Positions 35,781-49,392 of a stretch of 64,000 nt of DNA are shown here, piece after piece. Origin of the DNA: Setoptus koraiensis. Its lineage: Eukaryota > Animalia > Arthropoda. The notes below the pieces were generated by a model. The model was given only the letters and a program-made list of their open reading frames with translations, did no database searches and was not told where the DNA came from. Numbering within the stretch: the stretch's first letter is position 1; each line of letters opens with the position of its first letter. The stretch lies in assembly GCA_048013815.1 (NCBI GenBank), contig CM106586.1:12710001-12774000 (forward strand), given 5' to 3'. Position numbers and translations under genes: made by a program.

Positions 35781-36720
35781 CAACTTGTTATTTTAAAGAT
35801 GAAAGAATTGTCAACAACCTTGATATTGTGATTTCAATGAGCTGCTCGAGTATTTTATCGATTCTCCTGATGAAGAAAATATTGCCCGGCAGAAATACAT
35901 GTATTTATAATAAATAAAAGGCCCTGCTTCTGCGGAAAAAATATAAGGTTTTATTACAAAATGGGTATTAACTCTCATCTTTCAGCCCATATTGAGATTA
36001 ATTAAATTCATTGATAGTTATGTTTTCTAGGGTTTTTATGGAGCAGGACTTTTATTCATGCCATTTAGGTCAACAACAATAACCTGTTGAATAGATCTTC
36101 TGCCGCTGATACAAGCTGTTTAAGCACGATGATACATGATAACACGTTGTGTCACAAACATGATAATTGTCCACGTAAGCCTTCGCATGTATGGGAGATC
36201 TTGGCAATTTTGTCTCGGCAAATGGCACTTATCTATGATGCAGTGCCGATGGCGATCGAAAGCATTTGAGGTTTTCACTTTTCTCTCGCAACCGTTTCTC
36301 TCGTTAATCATGTCAAAATATTTGTATCCACTTAGATTATGGTAATGGATTACCTGTTATCTAAGAACGACGGAGATAGAGAAGTCGAGTTCTAAAACTC
36401 ATATCCGTAGTAGGCTCTGCATTCATTATTTCCTTAATTTTGGATAGATCCGCGATAGAAGGTTACAATTTTTCTATGTGTACAGGCGCTTCATTCATTC
36501 ACTCAAACTTTAATATCGATCAGTTAAAACACCCAATGTTACTCGGCAGAAAATTTCATTATGACTATGATATACACATAGTTTATGTGTCAACAGTTGC
36601 TTATTTATTCTGGGACAATATACAAAGTAAAACTTGAAATGTACATGAATTTAACTAGAGTAAATGGGCTGATTCTCCCGAATCTATGATTCTGAAGACA
36701 AAATACTAAATCCAGATTGT

Positions 36721-38469
36721 TTATGAGTTAATGTCAATCTGATGAGTAGTATCGTCAGTCGTGACAACATTAGTTGGTGACGGAGGAGGGGGAAACTCTT
36801 CATTATTAAGATTGCATTTTGAAGAAGGAAAGCTCCTACCATGTGATTGAGGAAGAAAGACGACTGGCTCCTCATCAATTTTCGGAACCATTGGACAAAT
36901 TGGAGGTAAAGGGGCCTCCCTTATAGGTAAGGCGGTCAAAACATTATTCAGTCTGCTGACTGGCATATGGCCTCCACTTGAGAGCATCACATTGGGTGTT
37001 GATGCCAGGGTACCTAGCTCGGGAACTCTAGAGAAGCTACTAGGTCCTGTTAGAGTAGCGGCGGTATTATGGTTTCCATATATATTATTATTAGATGGAC
37101 ATGACATGGGTGTTATTCTCAGAGAGTTAGTTCTCATGGGTGGTAAAGGTGGAGGATTTCGTTTCGTGGTGGAGTTTAGCCCTGAAACTGGTAGGCTGGG
37201 AGTGCTCACGATCTCTTTGACATCATGCTCATTATTGATAACTGTGACAAATCTAGAATCTCTAGACCCGATATTATTGTTAACGTGCTTCAATGCTGGC
37301 ATCACTGTTGCAACAGGTGGACCAGTATCACCTCTGGATTGACCAGACCTTGGTAAGAGGTGCGTTAGACCAGACCTCAACGTACCGTATTGTTCACCTC
37401 TATCAATGCCAGGATGATGTAATGTCAACTTGTGATTAGGGTGTACATCATAGATGGCATGGTCATTCATTAATTGTTCCTGTTTTTTGTCGTACTTTTT
37501 TATTCGCTCAATTCCTACTAATAGACGTTTTTGATGACCTAATTTAGTGATTCCGATTTCCTCAAAATCCTCCCATGTTAGTTGACAAACCTTATCTATG
37601 GTATCGTAACCTTGATCACACAAAACATTATGATAATTTTCTAGACGCAATAATTCTAGCCATTGCTTGTAACTAGGTGGCCTGCACTCAGGTATGCCAT
37701 CATCTATATTGAGTCTCCTTATTTCTGTTTGTAACTTTTTCCTCAAAGCTGGTATTGTGCAGCCTATTGCAGTTAAATCTTGTGGTGTCATTCGTGTAAT
37801 TGTTGGCATATCGTAACCATTATCAAGAAAGTGTTTACAATATTCCTCGCAATTGATACTGGCCAACCATGTCCTCATAATTTCGCCATCGGCAAATCCA
37901 TTGAGTAACATTCCGGCTACATTGATAGCAGGTGTGACACTTTGGTTGGTGTCTTCAATAAAAGTTCTTTTTGGTATATTAGATTGGCTATTTCTTTTGA
38001 TTGTAGACAAGTTTGAGAACTTCTGTAACATGGAAGAAGGTTGATGACTATAGATAGTTGCAGAAGTGATTGAGTATTGACTATTTCTATTATTATGGCT
38101 GCTATTATCTTCATTGATATGATTGTCGCTATAGTGAGCAACAGTAGAGTGCGATCTGCTTATTGGTTTTTGTTGATAAACAGAGGAAGTGAATTGTACA
38201 CTATTGCTACTAAATCTATCCTCAGGTACTGACTGAACTTGGTATTCATCGCTCTCTATGCTGTTAGTGGACTGTCTATCGTTGTAATAGATGGATGCAT
38301 CATAGATTGGCCTAGATGTCGTATGTGTATTTCCAAAATGAAGTTGATTGATGGAATCTTGTTTGTTGATAGCCGCAGACTGTTGCATGCCATTGTTAGA
38401 TAATGCTAGTGATTCATTTGATGTATCTCTATGAGCAATAATGAAAGAAGTCGTTGAGCTTTGCGACAT
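36721..38469 (-). CDS. Caskin-like tandem SAM-domain scaffold protein, 582 aa
   Basis: SAM1 'DNGYDMPTITRMTPQDLTAIG' and SAM2 'LTWEDFEEIGITKLGHQKRL' match the Caskin SAM pair; Pro-rich disordered C-terminus. No ankyrin or SH3 region in this ORF. Confidence 0.8.
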   Translation of the reverse strand: MSQSSTTSFIIAHRDTSNESLALSNNGMQQSAAINKQDSINQLHFGNTHTTSRPIYDASIYYNDRQSTNSIESDEYQVQSVPEDRFSSNSVQFTSSVYQQKPISRSHSTVAHYSDNHINEDNSSHNNRNSQYSITSATIYSHQPSSMLQKFSNLSTIKRNSQSNIPKRTFIEDTNQSVTPAINVAGMLLNGFADGEIMRTWLASINCEEYCKHFLDNGYDMPTITRMTPQDLTAIGCTIPALRKKLQTEIRRLNIDDGIPECRPPSYKQWLELLRLENYHNVLCDQGYDTIDKVCQLTWEDFEEIGITKLGHQKRLLVGIERIKKYDKKQEQLMNDHAIYDVHPNHKLTLHHPGIDRGEQYGTLRSGLTHLLPRSGQSRGDTGPPVATVMPALKHVNNNIGSRDSRFVTVINNEHDVKEIVSTPSLPVSGLNSTTKRNPPPLPPMRTNSLRITPMSCPSNNNIYGNHNTAATLTGPSSFSRVPELGTLASTPNVMLSSGGHMPVSRLNNVLTALPIREAPLPPICPMVPKIDEEPVVFLPQSHGRSFPSSKCNLNNEEFPPPPSPTNVVTTDDTTHQIDINS

Positions 38470-40518
38470 TTTGGATCATTAGATTCATTCAATAAATATA
38501 TAAATTGCTTTCATTCAATAGTTCTTGTAGTTAGTATTCAATCTAGACACATGTATGAAACATTTTCGAATTGCATCTACTACTCAATGGCTAGATTAAG
38601 GCTTATCATAGATTAATATCGTGTCGAATTGACATATTGTCAGCCTAGAAAAATAAATATATCTATTTCCTCAAATAGTCAGTACTAGAGTCATCTAGTC
38701 TGCTATGTCACTATTAACTATGAGAATATGATTCATTGACTAAACGAGATAAAATCAGTAAATAGCACTTTCTGTTGTTTGATGATATACTAAGAGCATA
38801 TAAATCTAGTATTATGTATATGGATATAAACGAATGCGCTTCGCATTAGCTACGCTGAGAGCTTTAGAGAGTGCATTACGTGTTAATTAAGGCAATATCA
38901 ATTATCCAGCTCTGTCAATCAATTGTACTAAATTGATAAAGCAGCAGTTGATCAAAAGCATCATGATGGCGGAACTATGTTTGATGAGAGCTTCAATGCT
39001 ATTGTTGATTGTGGTCCTGACGATTGCTGATAGTTTACAAAATATCTAATAATGTGTATATAGTTGAACTTCATCTAGTTGATATGGCGATACAAAAATA
39101 GTGGTGGTGATAGTGAAAATATATGTATATGTATTAGAGTCGGTGTCTCAAAAGCGACAACCATTTGACTTTCGATGGATGGCTATAGTTTCACTAAGTG
39201 TGTCACGGATTGACGTGTCACAAATGTAAGTGTCGTGGTTGTATTATACGTATCATTTGTTTGTGAACTGTATATGTATGTTTGCGCTGTGGGCTTTGTG
39301 CAAGGAATTGTTGAGTAGATGCCTGATTGGCGGACTCTTAATGATGATTATACTATTAGTGCTGGGTTGTAGTATGTTGTGGTGCAAAAGTCAAAGATAA
39401 GAAAAAGAAGAATAGCAGCAGATGTCATTGGATACATCAAATAATGATGATGATATAATTTGCTTGGTTGCGCGAACACAATAGCGTCTTGGTAGTTTTA
39501 TATAATAACCAGAGTAAGGAGGTGTGTATGTTTTTTGCTGTCTCTGTGTAATGATCAATGTTGTATGGAGTTATCTGCGACGCATCACTATTATTTTAGC
39601 AATTTGTCGTGTATATTTGATTGAGTTAGTTAGCTAGTATGGCGGTCGGTTGGACTGTTGTCGTGTGGACATTTGCGTAAGCAATAATAATAAAATAATG
39701 CTCGTTGTTGTTTGCTAGGTGACTTAACTATAGGCCATACACCGAGATTGTGGCTGTGGCTGAGATTGCGATCTGATACTAGTGGCCTGTTATCGTTGCC
39801 ATTGTTGGCTGGCAAGACAATTGATTGGTTCGGTTGGTCGGGCGCGTGAATGCAGCAACAAAAAATATATATATATAATTATAATTATATAATGAATGAT
39901 GAAATAATATAATTGACCAGCGGCTGATGTGGTGACATTCAATAGTGCAGTCTAGTGATATAATAATGTAATATACAAATGGATATTATGCAATTATTAG
40001 CTATAGTATTACACGGACGGTGTCGTATTACCATTGTTGGCTCGGTGACATGCTAAATACTAATGTGAATATATGAGTGGCGTCCATTTGTAATGATAAT
40101 AGTCGTCTGGATGCGAGCGAATGTTCGTCAAGTTCGATTCTCTGATCGATGATAGCTAGCGCCTGTGCAACGATTCTTTCTAGCCTGTGTGTCACTCCGA
40201 CTGTATGTTTGTGTGAGCGTGTGTGTGTCCGATAAAATTTAGATAAAATTTTAGATAAAAAGAATTTTTTCTGCGTGATCTATGTGATTTCGATACAACT
40301 GGTATGGCTGACGGATGAAGAAATTGTTGATTATGGCTCGCAGATAGTGCCAAATGTATGTAGCAGCATTAGCATATGCAGATAACAGAGTCCGTTGTTT
40401 GATTGTTATCGTGGTCGCTGCATCATACGCATTCGCTGCCCGATTTGTTTGCACCGTGACAATGATGGACCTTTGAATATTGTTGCGACGACCATACCAG
40501 CTCTGATACATGGACACG

Positions 40519-40552
<34 letters not shown>

Positions 40553-41070
40553 TGATACAGTGAATGCACAAGCCGCGGCCAGCACCACAACAGCCGCCCA
40601 GAGTGATGCAGCAGCACAGTCTGCTGTTGGTCAGTTGCTGGCTCGTTCATTATTTGCGTGCGTCCAGTGTGTCCACTGCACCGTGGTGCGTTTGCTGCAG
40701 ACTGCACTGCAGTGTTTGTGCTCACTGCTCTCGTTTACCGGGACGATGCATATCGCGCCGCAACGCCCGACGCGGCCGCGGACCGCCGCGGTCAGCCTGT
40801 TGGGTGCGGCCATCAAACGGGTCCGTTCGCTGGGCGAGAGAGCCACCGTGCTCCTTTAGCATGATGCAGTCTCTTGGTGCCATTCTCAGGCTCGGTGCCG
40901 GCACACGGGCACAGATCGTAATTTTCTGTGTCTTCGTTCTTCGTTGTTGGCTGAAGTACGCCAACGTTCGCACCACACACAACTTGTGTGACACAAGGCC
41001 CCACGCCAGAGGCACAGACGGGTTTGTCGACCATTCTGTGCAAGCGCGCAGCACAGTCCACACAGGGGAT

Positions 41071-41111
41071 AGGGAGCCAGTGGGAGCCAGTGGGAGCCGA
41101 CGGGAGCCAGC
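41071..41111 (+). repeat. (GGGAGCCAGT)n 10-bp repeat x4
   Basis: GGGAGCCAGT x2, GGGAGCCGAC, GGGAGCCAGC. Confidence 0.85.
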
Positions 41112-44100
41112 GGAACGAGTGTGCGGACGAGAGCAAAACGATACACACGCAGCCTGTCTTGCATAATACAAGTTGCGTCATTCGGTCGTCAACTCGCGCG
41201 GGCATTATATTTTTCTCGTTAGTTTCAGCCACCAACAACCTGTAAGCTCAACTTGTTTTTTCGAGAAATCAGTCAGCTTCGCCGGATTCTCGGAAGCCTG
41301 ACTCACAGCGTCGCCAGAAGGTCGCTCTTTGTTGCTTCGTGCGAGCAGCCACCTCAAACTATCCGTCCGATTGAGAGAAACATTGCGCTCGAAACACAGT
41401 CATTTCTTACGCAAGATGCTCCTGTCGATTGTCCAACTTTAAGCAACCTTTTTTGTTTGTGCTGCCCGGTTGTTGGAGAGAGAAAAAAAAACAAGCGAGA
41501 CAAGTCTGGCCCTGTCAGTTTGAGAGTTGTTTGCCAGTTCGAAGAATTCGGCCCGAGTTGCGAGACGAGCCACACGGGTCAGGTTGCACTGCATCAGGTT
41601 TGTGTCACTTTGTCTAAGACTCTTAGACTAAGAGCTTACTCGTTGGTGTGATGCTCATTGTGCGACGGCTACTCCCGCTGCTAAATGTTGGCGGCAGTAA
41701 TATCATGGTCACACATTACGCAACAGCGATCTCTCTATCTCTGCTGCAACTGCGATCTCTCTCTGCTGCAACTGCGATCTCTCTCGGCTACAACAGAGAT
41801 CGAAAGCCAGAAACTATCAGCTGGCCACAATAATACATCAACGTCGCTCGCCATTCACATATGTGTGTGTGTATTACGGCAGTACAAACATGAGAGAGCG
41901 TTCGAATCATGGCGAATTATATAGTTTTACATCACAACATGGTCTTGATGTTTGTTGTGTGTTTACACACTGGCCAAAACTCAACCGCAATATGCGACCC
42001 CGCACATATAACAGCCATGTTTCACGTAGGCAATTAAGTAGTAAGTGTAAGTTATTTATGACCGGCAACTTTGAGCCGGCCAGCCGAGCCGACTAGTTGA
42101 TGTTGTTTGTTCGGGGATGCTAATCAAATGAACATGACCAATGTATTTACAACAGGGATGGGCTCAGCGAACGCATGGAAAGTATCATTCGAACAACAAC
42201 AATGTGCTATCGCCAAAAGAATTGCGAATGGTGGTGGCTGGTAATGTAGTTGCGGCTGTCACTAGTGTGATACCACAAACAGACAAACATCAACTGCGAC
42301 TCATTGGCCAATATGCCATGACGGTAATATTTGCGATCAGCATGGGTGTACAAATTGAATTTGGTCAGTTTGTTCTAAATAGTCTACAGCGGTGGCATTG
42401 TCTAAACATACGTTTCGTCAGTAGCTTGTAGCTTTCAGTTGCATCCGCGGCCATACGCCACCAAGCGATTGAGCCAAAGCTGACAGTCGTGGTTCAAATC
42501 TAACAATTGTGCGACATATTCACAAGGTGAACCCCATTTACGGGTGCAAGCCCTTCCAAAAAACTGTGCCCTAAATCTTCTCTCCTGATCGAGCCTAGCG
42601 AGCGAAGATACATCGAAATATTTTCTCGAGCGCAATCTTGGTGCTTTTGTTTGATTTTTGAGCATAAATATCTGAGTGATTAAGAGTGATAATTGGTTGA
42701 TATTCTGACGAATTTCAAAATTCGTAATATCAACGAGATAATGATCTCTGACTGTAGGCAGACCCACCTAATACATCACCTAAAACACAATCACCTCAAA
42801 TCAGCACGATTGTGACGCATGGGCATGATATTTTCATGATTTGCTGAGAATATCCCCCATTTCCGCATATGATGGATCTCGCTGTATAAACACAGTAATT
42901 CATTACACCAGAAATAACCAACAACCAACAATCAATCAAGCGAACAATTCGAAGAAAAATCTCGATTCTTTTTTGTCGAAGTTCAGAACTTTCAGTTCAG
43001 CCTTTCCTTGTTCCTGGTACACGGCACAGCTCAAAAAGACTATATTGAGTGCATTCTAAGTGTCCACCCTAGGAAGTTTACCGTGTTTGCATAGCCCGAA
43101 CTAGCACTTTCATTACTATTTGAAAGATTCGTAAGATGACAAAATTCTAATGGACAAACCCAACTTGACCAACTTTCTTGGCGAAATAAATGTTGCGCTA
43201 TTCTCGGATTGTGCAAGACGCGAAGACTTAGAGGGAGTTATATTTAATACATACATATGTCAGCTGAGATGAACTGTAGCGAAATAAGTAAGAGAAGATT
43301 TATAGATTTGTGGGAAAGAGATAAATGTATCCCACCTTGTGAGAGAGAAAAAAAACTGTAGCCCCAATCAGTTGTCACATGAAGACGAAGAAAGATGTGA
43401 CCTGAGACTTGTAATGTATTCGAAATATTCACAACTTTACCGTGCAAAGTTTGCTCTGGGCTCTTTTTAAAACAACTGTAAAAGTCGTTTACACTTGACG
43501 ACACCTCGTGGGACAAGTTACTACTAAATACTCATTACTGGCCTCTGGTTACCAGAGTTCTCAACAAGAGATTGTCCCATTGTCGGGCTGTTTTCGTGTT
43601 GTAGATCGTAGGCAGGTTTCGAACATAGATGTTTATTGTCGGCCTTTGATTACTTGTAACTTGTATCAGAAATGGGACCTGGCTGCAAATGTCTTTCTCG
43701 TGTCACCCCAAAAATCTGGTTTGTTTCCGGTTTGGCCATGACAGAAAAGCGGCGCAGGCTGTGAGTAAGGGACCCATTTTGAGGCTTGCCAGATGAACCT
43801 CAGGCCTGTCTAACATTTATAGGGATTGGGTCGATGAATTGGGGCCCCGAGCAGAGAAAGAGCGTCGTGCGCGTGCGCGATCCGGTGCGGTCCCAACTAG
43901 TGCACTTGAGATGCCGTGTGATAGCCACAACAAGGAACATGGCCCTGAGAGAATTATTTTCAAAATAAACCCTTCACGAACCAAACAAATTCACTGCCGC
44001 GTCGGTGGCTGCGCATCGGTGGTGGCGCTGTTGTGTGTATGCTCGCAAGTGGGCGCCCCCCCAACGGGCTCGTGTTGCGTAGTGATTGCAGGGCCGGTTT

Positions 44101-47100
44101 CAGCGCCACGGGTTTCCTATATGTGCGCCTGCGGTACTTGCGCAGTTTGTGGCCAGCGGATTGGGGCGCCCGCCAATCTGATTGATTCGGTTGTCTCGTT
44201 TCGTTCGGGGCCGCACACATTGTCATGTTTAACGATTGCGACTTGTCGGCGTTGCAACACTACATGCTGTGTTTGCAAGCAACTATCGGCCACGAGCAAC
44301 ACCGCAACACGGCCATGCAAGAATAGACTGGCAAGCTCAACTTTTTTCCTGCTTTTATCGCCGCCGCCGCGTGTACCTGTCGGCCCGGCTGCGCGTTACA
44401 GTTAAATCTTTTTCAATCGAATAGCGGTAACAATTATCTGTCGGCACAACGAAGCATCGCCATAAATGTCAGTAGGACTAGACGCGCAAGACGCCACCGA
44501 CAATATTAATATACAAGTAGAAGCAAACCGTCACGGCAAACACACGCACACACTAAACGCGACTGGCCCCATCAGATTTTTATATTTATTTTATTTATTT
44601 CCGCACACGAGCAAGAGGGAAGCGCGGGCGCGTTGCGTCACAAAACGGGCAAAACGCGAGCAGCACAAGTGCGCACGTTCAGCTAGACTCAAATGGAGAT
44701 ATAACACACAGACCTTCAGACAGATAGAAACGCCATTACAGCATTTGTGAATTTATCTCTCTGTATGTATGAATAGTGATACGCTGCTCCAAAGAACACA
44801 AACACGTCACCTGCACGCCGGCGTCTTGCCAGCGAACCCCTGTGGCCAGCGAACTGGCCAACAGCTGAAACGAGTCGTCGAATCGCGCACACACAGAAAC
44901 ACACAAGCGCAAGCACAATGACCCAGTGTGTAAAGTAGTGTAAACATAGCAAGTGGAGAGCAGACATTTCGTTGGCCATTGTTGTGATTGTTGTTGTGTA
45001 GCTCGTGGCATGCACGAGTTCAGCCCGTGAGTGCCAGTGGGGCCGCCAGTTCCGATGGCGACAGAATTAACAAGAAGCACACTCGACAATATTGTACACT
45101 CCATCGGCACCACAAGTCTGGCCAAGACACTTGAGTTTGGCAGCTAAAAAGCGACACCATCAGCACAGCCACTTCAGCACAGAGACAACAGCAACAGCAA
45201 CGACAACAACAACAACAACTTGCGCATTGCGTAACTATACAATTATCTTGACAGTTATCGAGCGAGCTTGCCAAGTCGTTAAGATACAATATTATTATTA
45301 TTATTATTATTACCTAATATTCCGCTGGCAAGGGAGAGAGCATACATAGTCTCACAATAAACAGCTCTCGTTGCGCCACACTTATTCGGTAAGTAGTGGG
45401 CGCGCGCGCCTTGCCCGAAATGAGAGGCGCGCAACAAAATACTGCATGCAATAATGAGAGTGTTTGCGCGCCCAATAATTATCTCGACCATATGGTTCGA
45501 TTCAATTTATCATCGGCCTATCAGACATCTATGTTATCACTCAAAACAGTCTAGTTACAATAGTTGTAACGTAATGGGCTCGCCAAATGCATCTACTCGC
45601 GCTTGTAACGGCCGAGAGAGACATGTGATTCCAGCGAAACCCGAACGCTCTTTCAGCAACCACCAAACAGCCGGCACACAATTAATAGGCGACCCGCATA
45701 ACTGTAACACTAATAATAGTAATAACGCAGTGCGCGCCGAAAATAATCGCCTCCGCCATCAATGGCGCACCACATGGAGGGGCCCAATTGAATTAACGGC
45801 GCACATATATTAGTTTTTGTAGTAGTCAGTTTTGAGCTTTCCAACTAATTATCAAATTGCCCAGTGTGCAGTGCCATCTATTCTCCGCTGCGCAAACAAT
45901 GACCGACAAAAGGGGCCCAGTTGATTCATTCAACACCCCAGACCGAATAATTGCAAATTTTCACTGCTTGCAATTTTCACAAGTGAGGCTGCGCTCCGTG
46001 TGCGATATGGGGCCCCGCGGCAGCGAAACAGGCGGTCGCCAATTTCGATTAGCGCCGCTTTGAGCTTCGCTCAGAGTTGAATAGTCGTTGTCGAGTGGCG
46101 ATTATTTTCCATTTTTGTTCCATTCGGTTGTCGCTTGATTTGTGCCCGGCGCAATAGATTGTGCGAGCCGGCGGTGTCCATAATTTTGGCCGCCATATTC
46201 ACGCCATATTCACGCCGAGCAGCTGCTTGCAACGATCCGTTGCATCTCGTTGAATTTCGTTGCATTTCATTTCATTTCAAGAGTGCGCCAACATATAGTG
46301 TGTGAGTGCGATATGAGTTGTACGTGTATCAGCCAGTGACAAGTCAGCCGCTAATACACTGCCTGGGGCGCCAATATTGGCCACACATGTATTATCACAG
46401 CGAGATATTGTATTATTGTATTATCAAACGGCTTGGCCAATGACTAAAGTAATTGTTGAGTGCACTATCACATTAGCGAGGTCTTGGCGCGCCAATGGCT
46501 GGCCAGAAAAAGCCGCGTGCAAACGTAATAACCCCTCATAATATCTGCTCTGGATCGTAACAGCGCGCGCGCGCGCGGCTCCAATCCAATTATCAAGGAT
46601 TTAGACACGTGTGCCAGTGTGAGAAGCAACTACTAATTTGATGATTAGTGCCAGCATCTGCGAGCTACCTGGGCATTGGGCGAACCGTTAGATTGTTGTG
46701 TTATTGTAAACGGCGCCACTAGTTCTGGTAATGGATTGCTGGCGCATTGTTGAGCCATCGGGCGCCAGTTGCATGATCGATTATTTATGCCCTGCTAATG
46801 GGCATCGTTAGTCTGGCATAATTGTGAGGGGCTCGCACAATCGGAGGCGCGAGCCGGCTTCTGTTGTAATTTCGCTCCATGCAATCGAACAACTATTGTG
46901 GGCCCACCGTTGCCAATGATCAAAAGTTTGTCGGCCCGGCTCGCCGATCCGAAAGAAAAAAAATTGTCTCATCGCCGCGGTACATGCGTCTAAATGCGTT
47001 TGTGTGTCGCAGCGGCAAACTAGACGTAACGTTCTTATACATTTGCAACAATCATCCACACTCGCCAACACGAATATATGACGCACAATAATTCATTGAT

Positions 47101-47990
47101 GAGACCCGTTGATAAATCAGTACGCATTATATAAGTTTCAAACGGGCAGACAAACTTCATGCCGCTCGATACGAGAGAAAGGCTAAATATAATCCATATG
47201 TTAGCCACAACATGGCTGCCACTGACATGTGTAATAGTTACCAGCATACTGATAAACAGTAATAGTGACCCGGCTTACTTGTTATTTTTTTTTTTTTGTT
47301 CTCTATCGCTCTCATGGTGTCAATGTTTGTCTCTGATTCAAGAGGAAGCCCTTATGAGAACGCTACCACTACATCATTGCTTTCGCCTGTCAATGCACTA
47401 AGCTCAATGCATTAAATAAATGCTTTTTATTGTAATATATCCTCGCGAGTCGCGATATATACCGATTTCCACACGGTACAACTCGCACAACATGTTGTTG
47501 CACATTACATCATACATGTAATAACGATCATCAATTTTGGATGGATATCCAGTCAGTCAGTCAGTCAGCCAGTCAGCCAGCCAACAGCACCAATACATGT
47601 AGTAGTTTATGTTCGTGGAGCTCGCAGCAGTGTGCGACTGAGTGCATTATGATAATAATAGTAAGCTGAACTATCGTTGCTCTAATTTATTTATTTACAT
47701 GTTGTTTATAAAATAACACTTGTCACATTATACAAACATACATTCTCAATATTCGCCATAACCAACCCGACTCTGATTCATCCCTAAACCAGGCCGGTTT
47801 GAGATTCATGCTCACAAGCGAGCAATTCGATGTCGTAACAACATATCACCGTTATTGCATCAATTTATGAGGCCAATACGTGCTGCAGTCAATTAAATTG
47901 CAAACATTTTTCACTAGTGGTCCTGTCAATATTATAGTTGACTAAAATACTGTTCATTTTTACACTAGTTCGTATGTCTCACCCGGTAGG

Positions 47991-49392
47991 ATGAAAGGAA
48001 CTAATGACTTCTATAAGAACACTAATAGACTGGTCACCAATAAAACAGGCCATTCATCGTCCACAAGTGGCACTGCTTCCACCAATACCGACTACGATTA
48101 TTTAATAAAATTTCTCGCGTTGGGCGATTCGGGAGTGGGTAAAACTTCTTTTCTACATCAGTACACGGATGGCAAATTTGAGTCCAAGTTTATCTCTACA
48201 GTAGGTATAGATTTTCGCGAGAAACGAATAGTAAGTTGTCGTTCTTATTTATAACTAACACTAAAACAAACCAACTCTCACAATAATATTTTATATTCCT
48301 TGAAAGAATCAAGTCCACTTGCTAATACTAATCCCCATTTCAACCCCGACCATTTGACTGAAGATGTTCAGATCGCCCAAAATCAACAGTAGAAGTAAGC
48401 GAATACATCTTCAATTGTGGGACACGGTATGAAACAGCAACTGATACGCAATCTCACCTGAGATCCTACTCGCCATCATGACAAAGCCTATATCATGACA
48501 ACTAATTTTATTCTGCTCTTAATTTACATATTGTCAAACATTAATCATACCCCAACCTTAACATTTCTGATAAGGCTGGACAAGAGAGGTCAGTTTGCAA
48601 AAGTCTCTTCGCGCAATGCAAGACAACATCAAACGAGGCGGAAACATTAAACAAAAGCTTAATTTGCATTCTCATCCTCTATTCCTCATTCAATTGACAA
48701 TCATACATGAATTTAGATTCAGAAGCCTGACAACTGCCTTCTTCCGCGACGCTATGGGCTTCATAGTCATGTTTGACATATGTAGCGAATCATCTTTTAT
48801 GAATATACGACCATGGTTAGATCAATTGAGAATCCATTCATACTGTGAAAATCCCGATATAATCCTGTGTGGTAACAAGGCTGATCTCGGCGATAAGCGA
48901 ATAATAACTTGGGATCGAGCTAGACAAGAAGCAAGCAAGTATGGGTGAGTGAGGGCACAACAGCAAAATCTTGTGCCAGCTAACTGAGCTTACACTGACT
49001 AATTATCTAATCAATTAAACTTTTTACTTTGTTTCCGCAACTCATTTAGGATACCCTATTTCGAGACTAGCGCCGCCTCAGGACATAACGTATCCAAGGC
49101 AATTGATACATTGCTCGAGATGGTTATGATAAGAATGCACAAGGTTGTAGAAATAAATCAACAATCGCCAAACAAAACCAAATTGATTGAGCTAGCGGAT
49201 GCAAATAACTACTCATCAGACATCAAAGATAATACAGCCAGTTCCAGTTTTAGATATAATTCATCTGATTCGAGGACGATAAAACTAAGCCATACAACTA
49301 ATAGTTTAGGACAACTCAAATCGACCAAACACAGTGACATGGTCGACTACTTGAATCACGACGACAATCAAAGATCCTCATGTTATTGTTAG
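47991..49392 (+). CDS. RAB27: Ras-related protein Rab27, exons 47991-48230, 48364-48426, 48575-48588, 48717-48944, 49050-49392
   Basis: Four GT-AG introns (133, 148, 128, 105 nt) splice in frame to give '[21 protein letters not shown]', '[29 protein letters not shown]', 'LCGNKADL', 'G-IPYFETSA' and the C-terminal CXC prenylation motif (CYC*). Confidence 0.93.

Noticed and set aside
40132-40140. GTTCGATTC tRNA T-loop-like motif (also at 45495 and 58251)
   Set aside because: No T-stem, acceptor stem or D-arm pairing around any copy.
40251-47401. Numerous 60-200 aa ORFs
   Set aside because: Low-complexity, overlapping on both strands, no motifs; no Caskin ankyrin exons found.
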